A stretch of DNA of 64,000 nucleotides from Methanomassiliicoccales archaeon (lineage in GTDB: Archaea; Thermoplasmatota; Thermoplasmata; Methanomassiliicoccales; UBA472). Position 1 is the first letter of the stretch. The number at the start of each line of letters is the position of its first letter. Under the pieces are notes generated by a model. That model had not been told where the DNA came from. It saw only the letters and a program-made list of their open reading frames with translations, and made no database searches. A program made the translations under genes and the position numbers. The stretch is from NCBI GenBank assembly GCA_036677555.1, contig JAVBWG010000011.1:87497-151496 (forward strand), written 5' to 3'. Below, piece by piece: positions 26,297 through 36,390 of this stretch.

Positions 26297-28881
26297 ACGG
26301 TAACGCCGAGGCGATGATCGGATCGAGGGAATGGATGAAGGAATGCCGCCCCAAGCTGAACCGCTTGCAGATGGAGGCGGAAGGGGGATGCGGAGTGGTC
26401 GGCCTGGCCGCCTCCGTGGGGCTTCCCGGAAAGCATATCCTGGAACCGCTGGTCCAGATGCACAACCGAGGGAATGGGAAGGGGGGCGGGATCGCCGCCG
26501 TCGGGCTGGACCACGAGCAGATGGGCGTCCCCGAGAACGTGCTCAGGGACCACTATCTAGTCCAGGTGGCGTATGTCGACCCCTCGTCCAGGGGAAACCT
26601 GGAGAAGGTCATCGACGAGCGGTACGAGGTGCACACCCGCTATCAGGTGGCGGAGAGCGACGACCCGTTCGTGCTGGGCGCATTGCCTGTCCGCCCGCCG
26701 CAGGTGTGGCGCTACTTCTGCCGGGCCCGCCCGGAGAGACTGGCGGAGTTCATCGAGGACCGCGGATTGAGCGGCCTGCAGGCCAGGAGGGCCGAGGATG
26801 AGTTCGTCAACCAGACCAGCTTCGCCATCAATCACCGCTTCTACGTCAAGGAGGGAATGAAGGCCTTCGTCATGTCCCATGGCAGGGACATGATCATAAT
26901 GAAGGTGGTCGGATACGCCGAGGATGTCATCAGGTTCTACAGACTTGAGGAGCTCACCGCCCACGTCTGGATCGGACATCAGAGATACCCCACCAAGGGC
27001 AGGGTGTGGCACCCGGGCGGCGCCCATCCCTTCATGGGCCTGGACGAGGGACTGGTCCATAACGGCGACTTCGCCAACTACCATTCGGTGAGCGAATACC
27101 TGGCGCAGAAGAATGTGGTGCCCCTGTTCCTGACGGACACCGAGGTATCGGTGCTCCTGTTCGACCTGCTGAACCGGACATACGGCTATCCGCTCGAATA
27201 CATAATCGAAGCGTTGGCGCCCACCACCGAGAGGGACTTCCATGCCCTGCCGGAGGATAAGAGGAAGCTTTACCAGGCCATCCAAAGGACCCATATCCAC
27301 GGCTCTCCGGACGGCCCCTGGTTCTTCATCATAGCCCGCAACCATTTTTACGAGGACAAGTTCCAGCTAATCGGCATCACCGACACGGCCATGCTGCGCC
27401 CCCAGGTGTTCGCCCTGGTGGAGGGGGAGGTGCAGATCGGCCTCATCGGCTCCGAGAAGCAGGCCATCGATTCCGCCCTGCGCTCGATATCCATGGACCA
27501 TCCGTCCGTCCCCAGGCAGGCCGATGCGTACTGGAACGCCCGCGGGGGAAGCCACACGGACGGAGGGGCCTTCATCTTCGATCTGGTTAGGGACGGGGAC
27601 GGAAGGAGGCTGAACGTCACCAACAAGTTCGGCGCGCGGGTGCGAATCGACCTTGCGTACGAGAGGAAGGAGGATGCCCTGCTCTCCCAACCCCTGGTGC
27701 CCGGCGGGACGGACCAGTTGCTGGACGGGGATGAGGCCGGGATGTTCGACCGCTTCCTGAAGGCCCTGCCGGACATGGACGCCGCGTCGTTCCGCAGGCT
27801 GATGCAGGCTGCGGCGGCCAAGGCCGGGGGTGGGGAGAGGGACAGGCGGGCCGTGCTCTCCCTGCTGACCCAGATGATAGACCGCCGCTACCCCGGCGGA
27901 AGGCTGAGACGCAGCCGCATCACCGACAAGGCTCTGGAGGCAGTCAACCTGGTGCTGAGGGCCGTGCCAAGGGCGCCGCTGACGGGCGACGGGTTCACCC
28001 TGGTCGACCGCTCCAACCGGACGGAGATTCCCGCCGGTGACGGCGGCGGGACCCTAGTCGCGGACTGCCGCGGCTTCCCGATGGAGGGCGAGGAGGGCGT
28101 CTCCTTCGTCATCAGGGAGGCGTTCGCCAAGGGGTGGCGCCACGTGGTGGTGATAGACTCCCATGGGCAGCGCTTCTTCGGCTGCGGGCTAGGCCAGGAT
28201 TCCAAGGGGATGCGCATCGAGGCGTATGGCACCCCGGGAGACTATCTCGCATCTGGACTGTCCGGCGCCACCGTCGAGGTGCACGGCAACGCCCAGGACC
28301 AGCTCGGCCAGATATTCGCCTCCGGGAAGCTGGTGGTGCACGGGGACGTGGGGCAGACATTCATGTATGGAGCCAAGGGCGGGGAGGCCTACGTGATGGG
28401 CAACGCCGCCGGCCGCCCGCTCATCAATGCGGTGGGCAGGCCCAGGGTGGTCATAAACGGCACCTGCCTGGACTATCTGGCCGAATCTTTCATGGCCGGA
28501 GATCCTTTGAACGGAGGCGGGTTCGTGGTGCTGAACGGCATCACCTTCGACACGTCCGGGAGGCCGGTGGATCTACCCACCCCCTATCCGGGCAGCAACC
28601 TGTTCTCCCTGGCCTCCGGAGGGGCGATCTATGTCAGGGACCCGGAGCGGAAGGTTACCGCGGACCAGCTCAACGGCGGGCGCTTCGGCCGGATGACCGA
28701 TGAGGACTGGGGGACCATCCTTCCGTACCTTCTGGAGAACGAGAGACTGTTCGGGGTGCCAGTGGAGGGATATCTGCTCAGGAGAGGGGAAAGGGCCGCC
28801 AGGCCGACAGAGGTGTATCGGAAGATCGAGCCCTCCTCGGCCAAGGGGGCGCCCGAGGAGGTCCTGGACGACGACATCTGA
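26293..28881 (+). CDS. Glutamate synthase amidotransferase (class II GATase) + GXGXG domain fusion (GltB1+GltB3-like)
   Basis: 'EGG|CGVVG' nucleophile Cys, 'HQRYPT', 'AHPF', 'HNGD', 'TDTE'; C-terminal GXGXG repeats. Confidence 0.9.
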   Translation: MNGNAEAMIGSREWMKECRPKLNRLQMEAEGGCGVVGLAASVGLPGKHILEPLVQMHNRGNGKGGGIAAVGLDHEQMGVPENVLRDHYLVQVAYVDPSSRGNLEKVIDERYEVHTRYQVAESDDPFVLGALPVRPPQVWRYFCRARPERLAEFIEDRGLSGLQARRAEDEFVNQTSFAINHRFYVKEGMKAFVMSHGRDMIIMKVVGYAEDVIRFYRLEELTAHVWIGHQRYPTKGRVWHPGGAHPFMGLDEGLVHNGDFANYHSVSEYLAQKNVVPLFLTDTEVSVLLFDLLNRTYGYPLEYIIEALAPTTERDFHALPEDKRKLYQAIQRTHIHGSPDGPWFFIIARNHFYEDKFQLIGITDTAMLRPQVFALVEGEVQIGLIGSEKQAIDSALRSISMDHPSVPRQADAYWNARGGSHTDGGAFIFDLVRDGDGRRLNVTNKFGARVRIDLAYERKEDALLSQPLVPGGTDQLLDGDEAGMFDRFLKALPDMDAASFRRLMQAAAAKAGGGERDRRAVLSLLTQMIDRRYPGGRLRRSRITDKALEAVNLVLRAVPRAPLTGDGFTLVDRSNRTEIPAGDGGGTLVADCRGFPMEGEEGVSFVIREAFAKGWRHVVVIDSHGQRFFGCGLGQDSKGMRIEAYGTPGDYLASGLSGATVEVHGNAQDQLGQIFASGKLVVHGDVGQTFMYGAKGGEAYVMGNAAGRPLINAVGRPRVVINGTCLDYLAESFMAGDPLNGGGFVVLNGITFDTSGRPVDLPTPYPGSNLFSLASGGAIYVRDPERKVTADQLNGGRFGRMTDEDWGTILPYLLENERLFGVPVEGYLLRRGERAARPTEVYRKIEPSSAKGAPEEVLDDDI

Positions 28882-28908
28882 GGGAAAATCTATTGACCTT
28901 CGGCGGTC

Positions 28909-29634
28909 ATGACGGGGCGGATGAGCGCAGCGGAAGGGAACGAGGGCTGGATGGACCGGCTCATGTTCGAGCACATCAGCCCCACCCAGGCGGCCGTGGA
29001 GTTCTTCTACGGGTTGCTCATGGCCATGACCCTCAGCAACACCCTGCGCCTGGCCCTGCTGGGCAGCTCCGCGGCCGAGGTGGTGTTCGTGGTCTCCGTG
29101 GCCATCTTCGGATGCAACCTGGCCTGGGGCATCGCCGACGGAGCGGTCAGCGTGCTGACGTCGCACTTTCAGAACATGTACTACTACCGCAAGGTGAAGC
29201 AGATCAAGGATGGGAAGGACAGTGATGCCGCCCGGGAGCTGGCCTCTGAAGTGCTGTCGGAGGCGCTCACCGAGATACAGGAGGACATCCTTGACGAGGA
29301 GACCCGGAGGCGGATGGCCGATGTCGCGATACAGGCGATCAGGCGCAAGGACATCGTCAGGCCAACCCTGGGTCGCTCGCAGTGGATGGCCGCCACATGG
29401 TGCATCGTGCTCAGCGTTGCCGCGGCCCTGCCCTTCATCCTCATCTACCAGCTCACCCCCTTCCTCAACCTGAACTCGGTAACTCTGATGGCCAACATCG
29501 CCGGGGCGGCGATGCTCTTCTTCCTGGGGCGGTTCCTTGACCGCCGGTTGGGGGACGGGAGCGGGCGCACCGGGGTGGTGATGGTCGGCCTGGGCATGCT
29601 CATGCTGGTGATGATAGTCGCCCTGGGGGGGTAG
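28909..29634 (+). CDS. Membrane protein, VIT1/CCC1-like
   Basis: 2+3 TM layout, 'EFFYGLLMAMT', 'GCNLAWGIADG'. Confidence 0.65.
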   Translation: MTGRMSAAEGNEGWMDRLMFEHISPTQAAVEFFYGLLMAMTLSNTLRLALLGSSAAEVVFVVSVAIFGCNLAWGIADGAVSVLTSHFQNMYYYRKVKQIKDGKDSDAARELASEVLSEALTEIQEDILDEETRRRMADVAIQAIRRKDIVRPTLGRSQWMAATWCIVLSVAAALPFILIYQLTPFLNLNSVTLMANIAGAAMLFFLGRFLDRRLGDGSGRTGVVMVGLGMLMLVMIVALGG

Positions 29635-29673
29635 GGGAAGTTATTTCTCCGCGCAGGTCAAAGTGCTATTGAG

Positions 29674-30225
29674 GTGCGCAACATGTTCGCCTACAACCTC
29701 TTGGTGACCTTTCATGGCAACCAGAAAGGCCACTCCGAGACAGAAGTCAGAGAGCGCATGAAGGAACTGGGAGCATACGTGGAGCGGCTGGAGACCTGCG
29801 AGGTGGAAGGGGTTTTCCTTATCCAGGCCGGAGGGGACTCCAAGGTGCTCGTCTCCCAGCTGAAGCGCCTGTGCCATGAGGACCCGGTGGGGTTCCAGTA
29901 CACCCACCACTGGGTCCCCATCGAGAGATGGGTGCCTTCGGATAGGGAGGAGATCAGGAAGAACGCGATGGAGCTTGGCAAGGGCATCGGCGAACACGAG
30001 ACGTGGATGATGCATCTGCACAAGCGCCATCTGCCGGAGCATTATGACGACCTGATCGCCTATCTGACCGAACCGCTGAACCGCGGCAGGGTGGACCTCT
30101 CCGATCCGGACAGGATACTGGCCGTGGAGATACTTGGCAAGAGCACGGGCATGTCGCTGCTGAACCGGCACGAGCTGCTGGATGTGAACAGGGTCAGGGT
30201 GGAGTCCGGGCACGGAAAGGTATGA
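29674..30225 (+). CDS. THUMP-domain RNA-binding protein
   Basis: 'VDLSDPDRILAVEILG' THUMP C-terminal motif. Confidence 0.82.
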   Translation: MRNMFAYNLLVTFHGNQKGHSETEVRERMKELGAYVERLETCEVEGVFLIQAGGDSKVLVSQLKRLCHEDPVGFQYTHHWVPIERWVPSDREEIRKNAMELGKGIGEHETWMMHLHKRHLPEHYDDLIAYLTEPLNRGRVDLSDPDRILAVEILGKSTGMSLLNRHELLDVNRVRVESGHGKV

Positions 30226-30449
30226 GCTTCCGGACCTTGGGACCGGTCACAGCGATAGCTTTGTTCCGCAAGGCATGTCCGATCATTTGAGCTTGCTTTC
30301 TTATTCCGATGATACGTTTGAGCATGCGCATTATTATTGATTAGACAAAATCCGCAATGCAACCATCCATGAAATTAATATTATGTGATTATAAAATTAG
30401 ATGGAGATACCGCAATCTATAATAAATAAAAAAAATTCTCCCGCTTCTC

Positions 30450-30668
30450 ATGGTATCCCCACAAGTAGAGAAGCTGTTCACCGCCCTGGTGAAGGCCGGA
30501 GCGACCGCCGAGGACAAGGCCGTGAGCGCCGAGAAGGCCACCTCCCTGTCCAAACTGCCCAAGGCGCAGTGCATGAACGCCATCCAGGAACTGAAGAAGA
30601 TCGGTGCGCTCAAGGACAAGAAGAACAACAACTCCGTCTACTATTATCTGATAAAAACTTCGCTGTGA
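30450..30668 (+). CDS. Small basic winged-helix DNA-binding protein
   Basis: 72 aa and Lys-rich, with a helix-helix-helix-wing pattern ending 'YYYL'; preceded by an AT-rich promoter region. Confidence 0.7.
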   Translation: MVSPQVEKLFTALVKAGATAEDKAVSAEKATSLSKLPKAQCMNAIQELKKIGALKDKKNNNSVYYYLIKTSL

Positions 30669-30703
30669 GCATTCCCGGGGATGCCTGGCATCCCTCGGGA
30701 TGC
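30669..30703 (+). terminator. GC-rich hairpin directly after the small wHTH gene
   Basis: GCATTCCCGGGGATGCC-T-GGCATCCCTCGGGATGC imperfect inverted repeat. Confidence 0.55.
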
Positions 30704-30801
30704 CCCCTACAAATCATTTACATCCGCATCATGTTCTAGATCGTTCTCACCAAAGGTTGTCGAAAGGTTCATCAGATGCACCCGCCATGCCATGTTCCGT
30801 C

Positions 30802-32091
30802 ATGGACGCTGTCGAGACTGCCGCAAGGAACGCCAAGGAGGCATCGTACCGACTGCAGAGCCTGACCCAGGTGGTCAGGAACGAGGCGCTGCAAGAAATC
30901 GCCGCCGCCCTGCAGGAGCACGCTGACGAGATAATCAAGGCCAACCAGGCCGATGTCAGGGAGGCGGAGAAGGCGGGCCTGCCCAAGGTCCTCATAAAAC
31001 GTCTGGGCTACGATCGTTCGAAGATAGCCGAGTCGGTGGAGTCGCTGCGCTCCCTGATCAGGCAGGAGGACCCCATCGGGAAGCTGGTGTCCAGCACCGA
31101 GCTGGATTCCGGGCTCGTTCTGGACAGGGTGACCTGTCCCATAGGCGTCATCGGGGTGATATTCGAGGCGAGGCCGGAGGCCCTGGTGCAGATATCGTCC
31201 CTGTGCCTCAAGTCCGGCAACGCCGTGATCCTCAAGGGAGGCTCTGAGGCGCACCGGACGAACGAGATCTTGGCCAGGACCATCGCCAAGGCGGTGACCG
31301 ACCTGGACGAGCGATTCGTCTCCGCCGTTCAGCTGCTGTCGACAAGAGAGGAGATCAACAGGCTGCTGGCCATGGACCAGTTCGTCGACCTCATCATCCC
31401 CCGCGGCTCGAACCAGCTGGTCCGTTTCATAAAGGAGCATACCAAGATACCGGTGCTGGGGCATGCCGATGGCATCTGCCACACATATGTGGACGAGTCG
31501 GCCGACCTGGACATGGCCATGCGGGTCTGCTTCGACGCCAAGGTCCAGTATCCCGCGGTATGCAATGCCATGGAGACCCTGTTGGTCCATGAGAACGTGG
31601 CGCTTACATTCATACCGGCCATGGCCGAGCGGTTCCATAATGCCGGGGTCGAGCTTCGCGGTGACCAGGGATCGTGCTCACTGGCGGAGATGAAGGAGGC
31701 CATCGAGGAGGACTGGGGTACCGAGTACAACGATCTGGTGCTCTCGGTGAAGATCGTCTCCTCCCTGGAGGAGGCGGTGCAGCACATCAACCGTTACGGT
31801 TCGCATCACAGCGACGCCATAATCGCCTCCGACGAACGCATGGCACAACGATTCATGGACGAGGTCGATTCATCATCGGTGATGTGGAACTGCTCGACCC
31901 GGTTCGCGGACGGCTTCCGCTACGGGCTGGGGGCGGAGGTGGGGATAAGCACCAACAAGACCCACGCCCGCGGACCGGTGGGGCTGGAAGGCCTGACAAT
32001 CTACAAATATCGCCTGAGAGGCTCCGGCCATGTCGTCTCCGAATATGTGGGCGACGGCGCCAAGCGGTTCACCCACAGGAAGATCCTATGA
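30802..32091 (+). CDS. proA: Gamma-glutamyl phosphate reductase
   Basis: 'PIGVIGVIFEARP', 'LKGGSEA', 'VCNAMETLL', 'STRFADGFRYGLGAEVGIST..HARGPVGL'. Confidence 0.96.
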   Translation: MDAVETAARNAKEASYRLQSLTQVVRNEALQEIAAALQEHADEIIKANQADVREAEKAGLPKVLIKRLGYDRSKIAESVESLRSLIRQEDPIGKLVSSTELDSGLVLDRVTCPIGVIGVIFEARPEALVQISSLCLKSGNAVILKGGSEAHRTNEILARTIAKAVTDLDERFVSAVQLLSTREEINRLLAMDQFVDLIIPRGSNQLVRFIKEHTKIPVLGHADGICHTYVDESADLDMAMRVCFDAKVQYPAVCNAMETLLVHENVALTFIPAMAERFHNAGVELRGDQGSCSLAEMKEAIEEDWGTEYNDLVLSVKIVSSLEEAVQHINRYGSHHSDAIIASDERMAQRFMDEVDSSSVMWNCSTRFADGFRYGLGAEVGISTNKTHARGPVGLEGLTIYKYRLRGSGHVVSEYVGDGAKRFTHRKIL

Positions 32092-33188
32092 GGGACATCA
32101 GCGTCACCCGGGCGGTCATAAAGATCGGCACAAACACCATCTGCGACGAGGACGGGCAGGTGGACTCCGAGTACCTGGACGGAATCGCCCGCCAGGTGGT
32201 GGAGCTGGAAAGGATGGGCATCCAATCTATCATCGTCACCTCCGGGGCCATCGGTTCCGGGAGCAGCGAGCTGGGACTGGACGATGTTCAGAAGGACATA
32301 CCGCACAAGCAGGCCTGCGCGGCCGTAGGCCAAGCCGCCCTGATGCTCACCTACCGGGAGGTGTTCGCCCGCCACGAAAGGTCCGTGGGGCAGCTTTTGC
32401 TGACCTACGACGCCTTCTCGGACCGAAAGGTGTACCTCAACCTGAGGAAGACGGTCGACGCCCTGTTCGAGCTGGGGGTCATACCGATCGTCAACGAGAA
32501 CGATGTCATATCCACGGACGAGATCGGGGCGACCTTCGGAGACAACGACAAGCTCTCCGCGCTGGTCGCCAGCAAGGTGGACGCTGACCTTTTATTGCTG
32601 CTCACGGACGTTGACGGCCTTTACGACCGCAACCCGGAGACGGACAAGGACGCGCGGTTCATAGACACGGTCGATGAGATAACCAAGGACATCGAGATGA
32701 TGGCCGGGGGCGGGACCAGCGGCCGATCCAAGGGTGGCATGAAGACCAAGATAAACGCCGCCCGGATAGCTATGGGGGCCGGATGTAATACGGTCATCGC
32801 CAACGGCAGGACCGAGGATGTGATCGTCCGCGTGGTGCGCGGCGAGCACGTGGGAACGTTCTTTTCCGCCAAGGCGCTGTACAGCAACCGGGAGCGATGG
32901 ATACTGTACGCCAGCCCAAGGGGCAAGATCTCGGTCGATGCTGGGGCGGAGGAGGCTCTGCGGGACGGCGGCAGCCTGCTTCCCTGCGGGATAGTGTCCG
33001 TGGAAGGCCGCTTCAAGGAGGGGGACGTGGTTCGCCTGGGCACCTTCGCCAAGGGCGTTGTGAATTTCCCCTCGGGCGAGATAATGCAGCTCAAGGCGGA
33101 ATGCGAGAGGGAGAAGAAGAGGGGCAACGGAAAGGTCCACAACGATTCAGTCGTCATGGACCATTGCAACATCGTGTTCCACGAATGA
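32088..33188 (+). CDS. proB: Glutamate 5-kinase with PUA domain
   Basis: 'VIKIGT', 'VTSGAI', 'NENDV', 'FGDNDKLSA', 'GGMKTKI'; ATGA overlap with proA. Confidence 0.96.
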   Translation: MRDISVTRAVIKIGTNTICDEDGQVDSEYLDGIARQVVELERMGIQSIIVTSGAIGSGSSELGLDDVQKDIPHKQACAAVGQAALMLTYREVFARHERSVGQLLLTYDAFSDRKVYLNLRKTVDALFELGVIPIVNENDVISTDEIGATFGDNDKLSALVASKVDADLLLLLTDVDGLYDRNPETDKDARFIDTVDEITKDIEMMAGGGTSGRSKGGMKTKINAARIAMGAGCNTVIANGRTEDVIVRVVRGEHVGTFFSAKALYSNRERWILYASPRGKISVDAGAEEALRDGGSLLPCGIVSVEGRFKEGDVVRLGTFAKGVVNFPSGEIMQLKAECEREKKRGNGKVHNDSVVMDHCNIVFHE

Positions 33189-33243
33189 GGTCGCTCATCG
33201 CCGAGGAGTAAGCTTTACCGGTCGTTCCACCCATATTCCGCAC

Positions 33244-34425
33244 ATGGAGGCGGGGAAGCTTCTGTCCAAGTGGTGGTTCGTCGCCCTATTGTCCTTGGGG
33301 ATCGGCGTGCCATCCGGGTTCCTTGTCATCGATGAGGTCTTCAGCGGTATCGTGGCCCCGTACGTAGGAACGTCCTCCTTCGACCTGATGAGGAACGCCC
33401 CCCTGGTTCTCTCCTTGAGCGGTTACTTCGTTCTGCTAATAAGCGCGCTGTTGACCATGGCCCCCCGGCATTCGATCGGCAACGGACCTCCAGGCACTGA
33501 GGCGTTCAAGATGGAGGGCTGCGAGGTCTTGGTGAGAAATGATTCGTACGACATCAGGGTGGCCAAGTACTCCGTTATCAGGGTGTACAAGACCGATGGG
33601 ACGTTCCGATGCCTGCCAACGTCCACCGGCCTTTGGGCGATCGCCCTCCTCTCCCTGGGGCCGCCGTTCGTATTGTTCGCCTTTTTATTTCTCCTTTACA
33701 GCAACGATGGATGCTGGAGAGCGGTGGAGGACCTGACATGGGAGGAGGAGAAGGACCGGGTGGAAGAAGAGAATGGCATCGATGAGCTGATGAAGGACAG
33801 CCTGCTGAGCGCCTATGCGTTGGCCAGGGAGGCGGCGGACATCCGAAGGGCGTCCTTCCAGGACCATGCCATCATATTGGTGGCATTTTCCCTGCTGGCC
33901 TGGGCGGCCCTCGTGGCGCTCAGCGCCCCCGTGATAGTTGACCATGGTCCGCCCTGGCGGTTTTCCATGGGGACCGCGGCCATTGCCGCCGTTGCCTTCT
34001 CCGGCCTTCTTATCCTAAGGCGGCGGAGCAGGAGGCTGGCGGCCAAGGAGAAGGAATGGGCTGAAAGGCTTTATTCCGCCATGGAAGGGATTGGGGCGGG
34101 AAGCTCGCCGGTCGTGATCCTCCTGGACGCCTGCCGTGAGGTGCCGGGATGGCTATCCCTGCATAGGAAGGGGATATGGACCAGGGAACCTCAAAAGACG
34201 CTTCTGTCGTTCATCCTGATGGTCGCCGGATCGAGCGGACTGATGCAATACGGTTCCATCTGGTGGGGGTTCGTTCCATTGTCCATCGGTCTCCTGGCCA
34301 TCGGATTTTCGATCTTCCTGCACATGGCCATCACCGCCGGGACCGAGACCAGGGAGCTGGCGAGCGAATGGGAGGAACGCATGCAGGAGATGGGCTCGCT
34401 CCTCGAACCTGGTGGGAGGCGCTGA
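33244..34425 (+). CDS. Hypothetical multi-pass membrane protein
   Basis: 393-aa ORF with several TM pairs. Confidence 0.7.
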   Translation: MEAGKLLSKWWFVALLSLGIGVPSGFLVIDEVFSGIVAPYVGTSSFDLMRNAPLVLSLSGYFVLLISALLTMAPRHSIGNGPPGTEAFKMEGCEVLVRNDSYDIRVAKYSVIRVYKTDGTFRCLPTSTGLWAIALLSLGPPFVLFAFLFLLYSNDGCWRAVEDLTWEEEKDRVEEENGIDELMKDSLLSAYALAREAADIRRASFQDHAIILVAFSLLAWAALVALSAPVIVDHGPPWRFSMGTAAIAAVAFSGLLILRRRSRRLAAKEKEWAERLYSAMEGIGAGSSPVVILLDACREVPGWLSLHRKGIWTREPQKTLLSFILMVAGSSGLMQYGSIWWGFVPLSIGLLAIGFSIFLHMAITAGTETRELASEWEERMQEMGSLLEPGGRR

Positions 34426-34430
34426 GTTCC

Positions 34431-34700
34431 ATGGACCGCCCGGACCTCTACGTGGTGGCCAGGATACTCGAGCGCCTCTGGCGGGAGAGCGAGCCAATGC
34501 TTCGCACCAGACTGCAGGTGGCGGTGGGGACCAACTTCGACGTCCTAACGAAATACCTGGATTGGATGTGCGAGAGGGGATTGGTGGCCTTCGTGGTGAA
34601 CGATGGCCATCAGAAGGTCCTGCTCACGGATGAGGGGAAGGACTCATACCGCAGACTGGTCTGCTGGATAAACGAAACGGTCCATGGCCGGTTCAGATGA
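34431..34700 (+). CDS. Small archaeal winged-helix transcriptional regulator
   Basis: 'RTRLQVAVGTNFDVLTKYLDWM.ERGLV...LTDEG' wHTH. Confidence 0.8.
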   Translation: MDRPDLYVVARILERLWRESEPMLRTRLQVAVGTNFDVLTKYLDWMCERGLVAFVVNDGHQKVLLTDEGKDSYRRLVCWINETVHGRFR

Positions 34701-34706
34701 TACGTG

Positions 34707-35774
34707 CTACGCCGACCGGAAGGTCAGTTCGAAGCACGCCCCGCCGCGGGGATCGTTGCTGGCCCTTATGCTCCCACCGTACCGCTGCATGGTCCTCATG
34801 ACCAGGTAAAGTCCTAGACCGGTCCCGCGGGATTCGCCGAAGGCGACGCCTTCCATGAACACCCTGGGCAGGAACTCCTCCTTGATGCCGATCCCGTCAT
34901 CCCTCACCAGCAGCACGGTCCGGTCCGCGGAGGGGACTATGGTCAGCTCCATCCTCTCCGCCTTGCCATGGCGCTTGGCGTTCCTGGCCAGATTTTCGAT
35001 TATGGCCGTCAGGGCGGGATCGGCCAGCACCTTTCCCTCCCCCGTGATCGTGTATGGCAGGTCCAGGCATCTCATCGCCCTGTCGACCGACTCGCGAAGG
35101 TCGGTCACCGCCATCTCGGTCCGGGAGAACAGGAATTGGTCGAGCTCCCTCATCTGGACTATGATGTTCTGCATCCGCTGCAGGGACCCTTGCGCCCGCA
35201 GCAGGTCCCTCTCCCGGTTGTTGACCTTGTACAGGTCCAGGGAGGAGCTGATGACCAGCAGTTCGTTGGCGATGTCGTGCCTGAGGATCTTGTTGGCCAC
35301 ACCCAGCGATTCCGACAGACTCTCCAACCGGCCCTGGGAATCCCGCAGCTGCTGCAGAAGCCGTATGTTCGAGAAGGCGATCTCCAATGCGTCCGGGATG
35401 ATGAGGAGCACGGACAGACCCTCGTTCAGCGACCGGGGATCGTTAACTTCGTCCGCGCACAGCGTCCCGATGCGCACCCCCTTCTCCTTTATGGAGAGGG
35501 CGAAACCCCTCTTGGAGGGGAGCAGCTTGACTATCTGATTTGGCAGAAGGTGCGCTCCGGCCGTCCAGGGACCGCAGTCGCCCAGACGGCGTTCCCCGCC
35601 CTCCGGGAGATAGCATATCGAGCGGGGCTGGAAAATGCCGGCCACCGTGTCCATGACCGCCATCACGGCCGATTCCCGGTCCTCGCACGCCTGCAGGGTA
35701 TGCAACATATCCAGCAGCTGGGTTCGGCTGCGGTCGAGGTCTTGATCATCGCTCATTATTAGCCAACTTTCCAT
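34707..35774 (-). CDS. Sensor histidine kinase (GAF-like + HisKA + HATPase)
   Basis: H-box 'ILRHDIAN', N-box 'ENLARNA', G1 'DDGIGI', G2 'GTGLGL'. Confidence 0.92.
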   Translation of the reverse strand: MESWLIMSDDQDLDRSRTQLLDMLHTLQACEDRESAVMAVMDTVAGIFQPRSICYLPEGGERRLGDCGPWTAGAHLLPNQIVKLLPSKRGFALSIKEKGVRIGTLCADEVNDPRSLNEGLSVLLIIPDALEIAFSNIRLLQQLRDSQGRLESLSESLGVANKILRHDIANELLVISSSLDLYKVNNRERDLLRAQGSLQRMQNIIVQMRELDQFLFSRTEMAVTDLRESVDRAMRCLDLPYTITGEGKVLADPALTAIIENLARNAKRHGKAERMELTIVPSADRTVLLVRDDGIGIKEEFLPRVFMEGVAFGESRGTGLGLYLVMRTMQRYGGSIRASNDPRGGACFELTFRSA

Positions 35775-36059
35775 TTCTTTTGGGCTATAAAACCGTTACA
35801 TGTTCATTCAGCCTTTTGATATTCAGAGAGGGGGGACTGCGATCTCGGTCACCCGGTCCAAGAGCGGTCGATGCACTTCGGCGATGTCGCAACGGATGTG
35901 TTTGAGAGGTCAAAAGGACAGGTAAAGGTCAGCTCCGACCGCCGGACCTCGCGGCCGGCCTCATAAGCATGGCCGCACTTGGCCCGCGCGGCAGCTCGCG
36001 CAGCCAGAGGCGGATCGAGAATGACCATCGGGCGCTGGCGGCAGGGGAGATGAGGGACC

Positions 36060-36326
36060 TCATCTCATGAGGTCGTTGAGAAGGTCGTGAACCAGCCATA
36101 CGTCCATGGGACCCACCAGCCCATCCTGCTTCTTCGGGCCCTCGGTGCCCAGAGGAAGCCTCTGGCTGACCCCGTTTATCGGCGGGTCCGATCGTATGAG
36201 GGAGCGGGTGACACCCCCCAGCTGATACTCCTCGAAGAAATAGTCCAGCATCTCCGGGTCGGGGATTATGGCCTGGCCGACACGGGGATGTCGGGGCCGC
36301 AGAATTCTGACCAGCAGAGAGGACAT
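36060..36326 (-). CDS. Hypothetical protein
   Basis: 88-aa ORF co-oriented with its neighbours, with a TATA-like element ~25 nt upstream. Confidence 0.5.
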   Translation of the reverse strand: MSSLLVRILRPRHPRVGQAIIPDPEMLDYFFEEYQLGGVTRSLIRSDPPINGVSQRLPLGTEGPKKQDGLVGPMDVWLVHDLLNDLMR

Positions 36327-36390
36327 GCGCTTAGGGACACGACCGAGCGTATTTTAACGTATCGTCCACGCCTCGGCATTAACGCGGAGA

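Noticed and set aside
29632..29676. VIT-like gene TAG is in frame with the THUMP gene
   Set aside because: Same reasoning: the spacer has TATA-like and RBS-like sequences and the fusion makes no functional sense.
31674..32087. Long N-terminal extensions in the ORF track (proB, proA, hybrid kinase, cyclophilin-like, wHTH 34176)
   Set aside because: They overlap neighbouring genes and lack homology; downstream ATG starts with coupling or RBS fit better.
35780..36059. 280-bp GC-rich intergenic stretch as a possible ncRNA
   Set aside because: No convincing long stems or known RNA motifs recognised.
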